Source of the DNA: Hormiphora californensis
Taxonomy: Eukaryota; Animalia; Ctenophora
DNA length: 64,000 bases
NCBI GenBank assembly: GCA_020137815.1
Contig: CM035355.1
Location: 5,332,001-5,396,000, forward strand
Reading direction: 5' to 3'
Shown: piece by piece, positions 13,406 to 24,312 of the stretch
Position numbering within the stretch: the first letter of the stretch is position 1
How the letters are laid out: each line of letters starts with the position of its first letter
The notes under the pieces: generated by a model
Seen by the model: the letters and a program-made list of their open reading frames with translations, nothing else
Told to the model about the DNA's origin: nothing
The model's database searches: none
Translations under genes and position numbers: made by a program

Positions 13406-14218
13406 GAGAGCCACAGCAGGGACTGGTAAATTGGAAGGGCGGGCTTGTGTAATTATAATAGCAATCGATGTCCCCTATCTTCGTTTGGGCTGTGCACCGG
13501 GGAAACAAGACAGGACAAGAAAAGTCAAGACAACAAAATTCCCATTACAGGCGATTATATCATCCTGTAAAAGTAATTTAGAGTAAATAATATAATTAAG
13601 TAATATAAAAGTAAATGAGTTCTTGGTGAGACTAATAATCTGAGTCGATATTAACAGCTCTTTATAGCATTTAGGTTCTTCATCCTACAACAAAGGTGTC
13701 CCGATGAAAGGGAACCTAGGTTAACCTCCCTCAGTTAGAGAATGGCTTCGATGAATCTGACGAACCCCCTATCTGTCTCTACCACAATCTTTTGTGTTCC
13801 TTGCCAGAGGTAGAACAAACAGTATAGAGGAAGGAGGGCCCGAAGGGGCGAGAGGTTGGTGAGAGTGGTGTTTCCAAGGGTTAGGCTGCCTGGAGGGATT
13901 ATGACAGACGGGGGCACGGGTTGTGCATGCGACACACGGCCGAGTCTACCCCCACGAGGAGTACCCGTTTAGGTGGCTTATTTATATGAGGTAGATCAGA
14001 ACATCATCAGGAAATATCAGGACTCCCACAGAACTGTGAAGATAACAGTCTGAGGAAAATCATAGTAAATAATAAAGATTTATTAGTTAAGTTATTGAGC
14101 ATTGAATAGCAAAGATATGTAGTTATACAGTACGAGCGAGTGGTCGAAAGGCTACAAATACATGTTAGCAGCAATGTGTTTTAGTATGGCATACTAAGAT
14201 CACGGAACATGGCCACAC

Positions 14219-14742
14219 AAACAAGAATAACTGCATTATGTTTCATAATGCTATGTTTCCCCGCCAACCTTTATTTTCATAACCATCTAATGGGAAGGCG
14301 GGACAGGCATTTCCGATCATCTATGAATCAGTCAAACCGTATAGAACAAATCATTGTGTTTTAGTAGCACTAAATTGCGCACCACATTGCGCGGCTCACA
14401 TTTCCTGAAAACGTGCCATTGAAGTATTTGATGAAGGAGCAACATCGTTGTCCCTCGCAACTGAGCGGGTTACGTTACAAAAAAAGCGTGACACTTCACT
14501 AGTATGTAATAATAATAATAATAATATTCCGCGCTTATATACCGCCCATACCCGACAGAGACATGTCAAAATATTGACGATGTTCCGCCGAATCATCAGA
14601 GCGGTATATCCTCGACTACTTATATCCTACTTATATCCTCGACTACTTATGTAAAATAAAATTGTCGAATTCTAAACCCCTATGCCTTTTTACAAAAGGC
14701 ATCCGGATGAATGCCTTCGGCATTCACCGGGCGGGGAAAAAA
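14219..14742 (-). mobile_element. Helentron-associated non-autonomous element (HINE/DINE-1-like)
   Basis: AAACAAG end plus hairpin GCATTATG/CATAATGC plus subterminal IR TTTCCCCGCC (14256-14265); the other end has GGCGGGGAAA (14730-14739) preceded by hairpins (GAATGCC-TTC-GGCATTC; ATGCCTTTT/AAAAGGCAT); internal short repeats; A-rich flanks. Confidence 0.8.
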
Positions 14743-15422
14743 TCAACTGATTGATCATCAACATGGACATGACACAAATGATCGCTCTAACTTCTTCTCA
14801 AACGTCACCTCATGACGGAAAAGTCTGAGGAAAAGCTTATAATAAAGATTTATCCATTAATTAAACTAAATTAGGTTATTAAGTAATGTTTAGTGAAGAT
14901 AATTATTTAAAGTAAAAGTGAGTGCGCACATTGGAGGGGTCCATTTGGTCAACTTTTCACCGAAGAGAGCGAAAGCGGAACGAGGGGCAAACACATTAAT
15001 AGAGGAACTAGGATTGGCACAGGAGGTACTTAGAGAACTACTCCTTTTAGCTATAAAGTTTTCATTCACACAAACTCGTCAATCTATGACATCTCTCTAA
15101 TCATAATAAAGATTTATCCATTAATTAAACTAAATGAAGTTATTAAGTAATGTTTAGCGAAGATAATTATAAAGTAAAAGTGAGTGTGCAGTGCACACTG
15201 TGCACATTGGAGGGATCCATTTACCTCTCCTAACATCCTTCCTTCCACACAGATGAGACCCCACAGACAAGGAAATGGTAATGATAATGACACCCATGGT
15301 AATGAGAATCCATTTGATAAACTTTTCACCGAAGAGAGTGAAAGCTAGTGTTCCTGCCCTCAAGGAATACATCACCCTTGGATGCAGGGGATCTTATATG
15401 AGCATGAGCACCAGCTTTAGAG

Positions 15423-15650
15423 TTGAAAGTGGCCATTATTCCTTCTTTAACTAGGTCTCTTCGTATAACTGGATACGTCCAGCAGATCGGCTGCGAGCTT
15501 AACCCGGACCCTTCCAACTTGCAACAGGGCGGAAACAAATGGCTGGGGGCTGACGTGATACAACAATATCTGTGGTCCATCGCCGATCGATTTGAGCACA
15601 ACCCTCCCGGATTTTGCTTCTGCCTTCTACACCATGGGTTCTGGAGTTGA
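15423..15650 (+). pseudogene. Ulp1/C48 SUMO-protease-like fragment
   Basis: KWLGADVIQQYLWSI resembles the WLxDxxIxxY motif at the start of the C48 domain; no catalytic triad seen. Confidence 0.35.
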
Positions 15651-16279
15651 TGCCTTTAGAATGGACAATAGCCCGAAGGGAAACATACAGAATACGAGGA
15701 AGAGATAACTCTGCCAGGACTGTGAAGATAACAGTCTGAGGAAAAGCATATAATAAATACATTGATTAAGTTATTGAGCATTGTTTAGCAAAGTTATATT
15801 AAGTAAAAGTGAGTGATCAAAAGGCTACAAATACAAAGCAGCAAAGAGAAGAGAGAGCACTGTAACACCAACACAGAAAATAAAAAGTGAGGGACATATA
15901 TGGGGGGAGATGGTGTCTTTATTAGGAAATGTAATCTCTCAACTTACAGTGCCAGCTGTCCCTTTTTTCCTCCCACTCCCCTTTCTCTCGACTCTCACTT
16001 TCTCTTTGTCTCATCAGGCATCACGTCACGTTTCAAGACAGGTGTAACCCAATTATTAGACTGTTTGTTGAGCACCGGACACTAATTAGGGTATACAATA
16101 TCAACCTGACTGGTGTACCCTAATTAGGGTATACAATAACAACCTAACTGCCATACCCTAATTAGTTTCTAAACTAACAACCAAATTGAAACACTCTGAA
16201 GTGAGTAAGGAATTCCATAACTACATGCTGGCCCTGACCCAGTATGCAGCGTTACAGTTCAACCTCTTCCAAGCGGGTG

Positions 16280-16368
16280 ATGATATCACAAATATGTTTT
16301 AATGTTACCTCAGGTTACCTCAACGTGAGGTAACCTGAGGTAACATTAAAACATATTTGCGATATCAT
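16280..16368. repeat. 89-bp near-perfect palindrome
   Basis: 43-bp arms (16280-16322 / 16326-16368), 3-nt loop, one mismatch. Confidence 0.95.
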
Positions 16369-17750
16369 TCGGTACTTTACTAACCACCTTCCTACATAAT
16401 ACAGTATCCCGATATAGAAGTTGTAGTGCTAATAGGGGTAATGATGTAGGGAAAATGATATAGGGGACTCACAGCTCAGGGGTCCTAGTATATTTGAGGC
16501 AATGACTGTATGCCTCAAAAAGTAAGGGTAATAAAGGAAAGAGTCGAAACAATAGACCCCACGGGGGTCCTTTAATTCAGAACCCTAGAGAGGGGATTAA
16601 AAATGTGATACTTTCTCAAGCACGTCATGTTATTTTCCCACAGTCACCGAGTTGGCGTGTTACCCTGTCTGTCATCCCCACCCAGGCCCCAAGGAATTAC
16701 AAGATGGGGGACGTTGGACTCCAGAATGCCATCGAAACTAACAAACAGCGGAAGAAACTGGTATGTGGAAGAGAGAGTTTATTATTTACTTACTTTAATT
16801 AATTGTTAATACACATCATCATATTATTTTAATATCACATTAAATTATCGTAGTTTGACGAGATATGAGAAATATTGTGAGCTCCAACCTCTTCATTGAC
16901 ATTACACTCTCTCACTGGGTGGAGGCACTGTCACTGAGGAACGGAACGCACGGAACGACATGTTCCGTCCCATACCCGGCTCGTGGAATGCTTGGTAAAA
17001 TTAATAGTGGAACTCTATGCAGATGATACACAGCTGTACGTATCGTTCTGCAATATCATGTTATAACGGACAGGTTCCAATTACATATCCCCCGGAAATG
17101 CCTGAAGGACCAGTGCCATGCATTGCCCAACAGTTGGAACGGATGTTGAAATTAACAAGTTTTGCTGTATCATCTTGTGTAGGCTATAAGAAAGTCGATA
17201 GACGATTTGAAAAGAAAAAGAACGCTAATTGACGATGCAATAAATGACGGAGTCGAATTCTTAAAAAAAACTGATGTGCGTTGTTTGATTATTAGTTTGA
17301 GTCAAACCCGCACAACACCAGTATTATATAAAGGAATTATATAATGCATAATTAGGATATTTAACATAATAAACAGGTGGTGGAAAACAATCCATAGCTA
17401 TGGCTTGTCGTGGGAAAGGAAAACTCCCGGCAAAAAAGGGGTAGAGGAATGAAACGAGGCAGATACAGAGACATTCATTTTAATTTTAAATTTTTCACTT
17501 TTATATTATGTATATAAAGAGGGAGAAGAACGAAAGGACCCCCTCAGATGAACAGCCAGACGATATATATAGACGTAAACCAGACGTCGAAATATTATTA
17601 TTTTCCCCTGTTCGGCGTTATGTTATAACATAATGCAAACAATCTTATTTCTACCATCTCAGTCTTTTGAGGACCTTGATTATGGATAACTTCTACTCAC
17701 AGCACCCTCGAGCCCCGATCTTCATATCGTCTATAAGTGTTCTAGTAGTA

Positions 17751-18499
17751 TAGTGTGGACAGTTGGGACCCCTTTTTCGCTCAAATATGTCACTGGTTAC
17801 TTTTAAAACATTCGAAAGATTTTTACAATATTTTTCAAATTATCGGGAGAACACTATCACTTATTGCAAGTCTAGAATATGAAGTTGATGTATGTTTTAT
17901 CATTCTATTTATTTAAATCAACCAAAAATAGCGTATTTTCTGTTAAGTTGTTTTTAACCGTTCCAACGCGTTCTTATGATGTTCCTGTGTGTTCCTGCGA
18001 TGTGTGAAACAGGCAAGAAACACCCAACAACGGTGAATAACAGACTAGGAACACTAGGAACAGATTAAAGCACCAATGAACTGCTCGGAACACCCATATA
18101 GCATACGAATAATAGACTAGGAACACTCGGAACGCTTTTCCGTTTCCTATAATTAACAAGGAATAGCTAGGAACGGCTAAAAACACCCATTTCCACAACC
18201 AATGTCGCTTGCCAGCCTACTATTTAAAAAGGTCTCAAATTTCAAAGATTTTGTTGCCACGGTGGCCGAGTGGTCTAAGAGATTGACTTTTGCTACAAAG
18301 GTAGCGAGTTCAAACCCAGATGATCTTTAAAATCTCTTGTCAGCGCTAGTGACGTCACAAAGGTCACAAAGTGACGTCATAATCACGTGACATCATATGA
18401 CGTCATGTGATGTCACGTGACAAAATGTGTGTCACGTGACATGCCCATATATGGAGGTGACATATTCGAGCGAAAAAGGGGTCCCAACTGTCCACACTA
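17751..18499. mobile_element. MITE with ~43-bp TIRs and an internal tRNA-derived segment
   Basis: TAGTGTGGACAGTTGGGACCCCTTTTTCGCTC / GAGCGAAAAAGGGGTCCCAACTGTCCACACTA; TIR may extend imperfectly to ~17735/18517; no clean TSD. Confidence 0.85.
18256..18320 (+). pseudogene. tRNA-derived segment (pol III A and B boxes)
   Basis: A box TGGCCGAGTGG at 18263-18273 and B box AGTTCAAACCC at ~18307-18317; acceptor and anticodon stems do not pair. Confidence 0.55.
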
Positions 18500-18590
18500 A
18501 ACTACTTTTGTACACTTGGTGTGTTAATTATCGAGTTACTAACATATTCTATTAATTACATTATATTCACTGACATGACGCTTGCTACTA

Positions 18591-18637
18591 CCATTAGCCA
18601 TCTGCTGCACCATAATGGTGCAGCAGATGGCTAATGG
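18591..18637. repeat. 47-bp perfect palindrome
   Basis: CCATTAGCCATCTGCTGCACCAT-A-ATGGTGCAGCAGATGGCTAATGG. Confidence 0.95.
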
Positions 18638-18740
18638 CGGGGGGGAATACAACTAATCAGGGGAGATTAGCTGCCCTGGGGCCCAATAACGGCTTTGGAT
18701 TTGTCCAGTTGTTACCCCTTGAAAATAGGGAAGCGGGGAG

Positions 18741-19007
18741 ATGGGGGAACTACAACTGAAGAAGTTGTCGAGGATAAAGGGTGAGTTTGTGGCGGATGGC
18801 TATCTACGGGTGATAGAGGGGGAGGTTGTGGGGTCAGGGGGCTTCCGAGAAGCTAAAAAAGCCAAAATAATCGGGGAAGCTCCCCAGAAGTTCGTGGTGA
18901 TAAAAAGGTTTCACAAACATGGAATCAAACGACACCAGACATTTTCTCTGAAAGGACTTTTAATCTCGGAGGTGCAATCTGGTGTAATTTCTTTAAAACT
19001 TACATAG
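18741..19007 (+). pseudogene. Alpha-kinase (eEF2K/MHCK-like) N-lobe fragment
   Basis: GSGGFREAKKA...VVIKRF...EVQ resembles the alpha-kinase G-x-G-x-F-R-x-A, VxK and helix-C motifs. Confidence 0.45.
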
Positions 19008-19272
19008 ATTATAATTCAATGAACCTCCTTGGATGTAGCTACATGAGGCAGTCAGCGCAGCCTATAGCTTTTTAGGCTATTTTAGGTAACTTGAGCAGAG
19101 ATTTATATGATTAACATGATGACTTGTGATTTATGATGTTCACTTCTTGATACAACTGACAACAAAACAAATGTGTTTTAGCTTATCCAAGTATAATCAA
19201 AGATATAGTTAGTAATCAAAGATAAAGTTATCATAGTTAACCATCCATCACTTAGGGCCCAAGGTTATTACA

Positions 19273-20050
19273 ATGGCGACGAGAATGACAATCGAGCCGT
19301 GGGACGGCAAGGCGGAGAATCTCAGAGGTTGGATGGACCGGTTGAGCCAACTCTTTGTACTGAACGGATCTTTGGAGGAGAAGCGAGTCGCGAGCTTACT
19401 GGTACACATCGGACGAGAGGGCTACCACTTGTCATACACTGACTGTACATCGCGCAACCTCGATGCACAGTCATACCCCAAACCATGCTTTATCACGCGC
19501 AAAGATGAAACGTGGCGCGTTAAACACAGTTTGATTGAACCCTTCAGAATCATTCATACTTGTAAAAAAAGGCTCGCAAGACTTTCCCACGGTCCACGCG
19601 AAAAGTGAGAGACACATTTAGACTACTTAGCGAGAAGAGTTGGCGCGTGTTAGCATTCGCTCTGTGCGTCGCGCAACAGATTCAAGTAGACGCTTTGAGG
19701 TAAGACCCTTCTCGCAACGCAGCCTCACGTAGCCGCACCGGGCCTTCGGCTACAAGCTATCACATGCTAGAAGATCTCACTTACCCAGAACAGCCGTCGA
19801 CAAAATCGTTCAAGCAGTTGCAGACACTGCTAGAGGAAGGGGTGATGCCGAAAGAACTCATAATTGCATAGAGGGCAAAATTCTATGTGGTTACACAGGC
19901 CCGGAATGAAGACATGCTAGAATTCAGCAACCGAGTGAAGAGACGGGCTGCGCCTTTCCGAAAGAATTCTTGGACCAAGCACTCCGAGACCGGCTAATCT
20001 GCGGACTTCACAATGAGAGAGTGAGAGCCTTACTGTTAGCGGAGGACGTG
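19273..20050 (+). mobile_element. gag: Decayed Gypsy (Mag/K02A2.6-like) LTR retrotransposon: PBS-like site and gag
   Basis: ..ATTACA then TGGCGACGAG (19274-19283); IEPWDG..RLSQLF..KRVASLLVHIGREGY, resuming after the insertion as HMLEDLTYPEQP..RAKFY and LDQALRDRLICGL; one in-frame stop and a frameshift. Confidence 0.85.
19425..19755. mobile_element. 331-bp insertion in gag flanked by a GCTA duplication
   Basis: Removing it and one GCTA restores GAG GGC TAT CAC ATG (EGYHM); terminal hairpin GTAGCCG/CGGCTAC; no TIRs. Confidence 0.8.
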
Positions 20051-23000
20051 CAAACAATCTTATTTTATGTTGAAGAGATGGATCATCTCATCTACCATCT
20101 TAGTCCGCAGATGGTAGATGAGATACAGTTAAACCAGTTCCAGTCAACCTGCAACCAGTTCCCAACCAGTTCCCAACCAGTTCCACACCAACGTGATAGA
20201 GCTACAAGATGACATTGAGGAAAGCCAAAATAAACCTGGCTGGATGCATTATACAATCAGCTATACTGCTCAAGAGACGTAAGCCAGATTGTACTAGAGT
20301 GGAGATAGAGACTAAAATGTTTAATATTATCTACCCCGGTACTAACCCGAGTCCCAAATTGACCCTATTTAGGTATGGCCAGTACCAATTAATATAACCC
20401 AAATATCTTCTGTTTAGGTCCGGAATGGCCCGGCCCAAGTTAGTGATAACATGTGTTCTTCTCTTCCTGGTACATGGCATCATCCACTAGTTGAAGAGGC
20501 ATGTACGTAGAGTTCACGACAATGTTGGGGCTACACCCTAGCCTGTGGCAAATGTTGCAAAGTATTTTCCTCCAAGAAATATGCAAAAGAGTAATTATTT
20601 AATAGCTGAAATTCTTGCTGAGCTGCGTCAAACATAATATGCTGTCATGTACCGTCAGGTATTACAATTTTGTATATTCATATTTAAATGTATTTATGTA
20701 TATGTATTATATGTTGGAATTAGTTTACTATTTAAACTAGTTACCCTTCAACATAATTAACGATTTGTTCACTAATATACTTGCACAAGGAGTGTATAAA
20801 AATTTATAATAAAGAAAATTTTAACGCATTGTTCGACCCAAAAAATGTAGTCATTGTATATATTATGATCGCAAAAGGCAAGCTTCCCCTCGTCCGACCC
20901 GAAGTTGGGAGATTCGTCGAAACAGCAACCTTCAGGCTGTTAAAATATTTTTTGATGCGCATCGGCCTGTTTATTATAGTACAGGGTCGGTTGTGGGAAG
21001 TTGGGTCTGGAATTTTAAATTTGACTTTCTGATATGATTAGGGACTCTATAAAAAGTCCAAAGTACCATCCCACAGGTCTCTACCACCCCCGGTTCACTA
21101 ATTAGTCATAATTATGTGATTTATGGCGTTATCGCCAATTAGCACTAATAATGCCAGTTCCTGGTCACTTAGAGCTTAGATTTTGATACCAGCTGATAGA
21201 GGATCACTAGATTTTTCCGTTTGGCTGGCGGTTGGCTGGCACCACGTGGGATTAGCGGTTTAGGTCGTCGTGGGAGGTCGACATTGGTCGCGTTCGATCG
21301 GGCTCGATGAGGTGATCAAAAGCTAGTGGGCCAGACCTTGGCCCCACCCCGTTCTTGGCTTATTGGGCTTTTTCGGTTTCCCGCCAAAATATTTTCCCGC
21401 CATATATATGCTTCATTTTTTTGCCCCTGCACTGCCACTGCACATTTTTTTAATTGCTTATAATTAATTGGATAGTTAATTTTGAATATTCCCACTTTTT
21501 GTAGACCTTTCTATATGCTTGAAGAGCATTCCTACAAAGTTTCAAGTCGATATTTATAGCAGAACGGAAAATATTTTCAAATGCTCAGGGGCAATGCTCA
21601 GGGGCACCATAAAAATGTCCATTTTTTAATAGAACATGCCTACAAAGTTTTAGATCGATATGTCAAACAGTGTGGCCACAATTTGAATTTTAAAATTGCC
21701 CAGGGGCAGTTTTTTCAAATGCTCGGGGGCAAAATTCAGGGGCACCAGAAATGTCCATTTTTGCATGCCTATAACTCATTGATTACTTAATTTTGAATAT
21801 TCCCACCTTTTGTAGACCTTTCTATATGCTTGAAGAGCATTCCTACAAAGTTTCAAGTCGATATTTCAAGCAGATCGGGAGATAATTGCGACTCAGGTGC
21901 CCCTGGGCCACTTTTGTTAGTGCGGGGGCAATTTTAAAATTTTAATTGCTTATAATTAATTAATTAAGTAAAAAATCAAAAATCAGGCTCCGTGGTGACT
22001 CTTAGTTATACCACTAGAACATGCCTACAAAGTTTTAGATCGATATGTCAAACAGTGTGGCCACAATTTGAATTTTAAAATTGCCCAGGGGCAGTTTTTT
22101 CAAATGCTCGGGGGCAAAATTCAGGGGCACCAGAAATGTCCATTTTTGCATGCCTATAACTCATTGATTACTTAATTTTGACTATTCTAACTTTTTGTAG
22201 ATCATTTTTTATGCTTGAAGAGCATTCCTACAAAGTTTCAAGTCGATATTTCAAGCAGATCGGGAGATAATTTCGGCTCAGGGGCAATGCCCAGGGGACA
22301 GAACACCCCATGCTCAGGGGCACGGTGCAGGGGCTACTTTTTAATTACCTATAATTAATTAATTAGGCAAAAAATCAAAAATCCGGCCACGTTATGACAC
22401 GTAGTTATACTACTAGAACACGCCTACAAAATTTCAGGTCGATATCTCAAAAAATGTGGCCACAATCGCTGCCTGAAATTTGCCCCCCCCCCCCCCCCCC
22501 CCGAAAAAAAGACCTACGTTTGTATATATGTTCGCAAAAGGCAAGCTTCCCCTCGTCCGACCCGAAGTTGGAATCATATGGGTTTAGTTTGTCGAACCGG
22601 CAAGTTGCTAACATATTTCAAATCTTCACTACTTCTCAAATGATCTAATCCCATACATTCAGTCTAATACCAAAATAAAATTGTAAATCCTATTAAAAAT
22701 AGAGACAAAAATAATGGCACCAAAATGTGAAATGCCCTTGTAGTTAGTGGGAGCAGAACAAAATCAATTTCTTATCTCACCACGTTAATAAATAATTAAT
22801 TAAGTTGATGCTCTTATTTGTTTTAGAGGTGCTCAAGTTCTACCGCCAGCCACTGGATGAAATTTATCCATTTCATTGTGCACAATGCACAGGCTTTGGT
22901 TACGAAGTTACCCCTTGCCAGCGCGTGCAAAGGTCGCCCGGCGACAGAGTGTGAGGTGTCTTCGATACCAAGCACAGGCTTGTGTAACAAAAAGGGGCAT

Positions 23001-24312
23001 TTTTATAGCTTATTGTTCATCATAACCTGAAATAAATAATTTTCATTACTTTCACAAAGGCTCAAAGTTTGAATATCAAATTTGTGTAGGCGCAAATTGG
23101 TGCAGGGGCAAAAGTTTTAATTGATTATTATTAATTAATTAATTAGAAAATCAAAAATCCGGCTCCGTTATGACTCGTATTTATACTACTAGAACATACA
23201 TACAAAGTTTCATTTCGAAATTTCAAACGGTGTGGCCACAGTTTGAATATCAAAGTTGCAAAAATTGTGCAGGGGCAAACAAAATTGTGCAGGGGCAAAA
23301 GTTTTAATTACTTATAATTAATTAATTAATTAAAAAATCAGAAATCCGGCTCTTTTATGACTCGTAGTTATACCACTAGAACATGCATGCAAAGTCTCAT
23401 TTCGAAATATCAAACGGTGTGGCCACAGTTCGAATATCAAATTTACCGAAAATGTGCAGGGGCAACATTTGCCGCAAATGTACAGGGGCAAAATGTGCAG
23501 GGGCAAAATTTTAATTGCTTATAATTAATTGGATAATTAATTTTGACTATTCCCACTTTTTGTCGATCTTTCTATATGCATGAACTACATTACTACAAAA
23601 TGTTAGGTCGTTATTTATAGCAGAACAGAAAATATACCATTTTTAGTTGCCTTGTTCAGGAAATGTGCAGGGGGTCGAAATCAGCGGTGCAGGGGAAAGA
23701 TGGTGCAGGGGCAAAATTTTAATTACTTATAATTAATTAGTTAAATTAAAAATAAGAAATCCAGCCTTTTTATGACTCGTAGTTATACTACTAGAACATG
23801 CATACAAAGTTTCATTTCGAAAAAACAAACGGTTTGGCCACAGTTTGAATATCAAAATTGCAAAAAATGTGCAGGGGTATTTGCCCCTGTACATTTTCAA
23901 AAAAAGTGCAGGGGGCCCTAAAAAAGTCCATTTTTGCATGCCTATAACTAATTAATTAATTAATTTTCAATACTCCCACTTTTCGAATATCATTTTTTAT
24001 GATTGAAGAACATTCCTACAAAGTTTCAAGTCGATATTTCAAGCAGAACGGAAGATAAACCGTGTGCAGGGGCACGCGTGCAGGGGCAAAAAATCAAAAT
24101 GTACAGGGGCAATGTGCAGGGGCAAATTTTGATAGCTCATAATTAATTAATTAATTAAAAAATCAAAAATCCGGCCACGTTATGACACGTAGTTATACTA
24201 CTAGAACATGCCTACAAAATTTCAGGTCGATATCTCAAACGATGTGGCCGCAATCGCTGCCTGAAATTGCCCCCCCCCCCCCCCCCCGAAAATCTTCTAT
24301 TCTTCTGCTATA

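Noticed and set aside
18256-18320. Functional tRNA gene
   Set aside because: A cloverleaf cannot be formed; kept only as a tRNA-derived segment.
19694-19705. TTTGAG|GTAAG resembling a spliced-leader RNA exon boundary
   Set aside because: No Sm site or SL-like leader; it lies inside a TE insertion.
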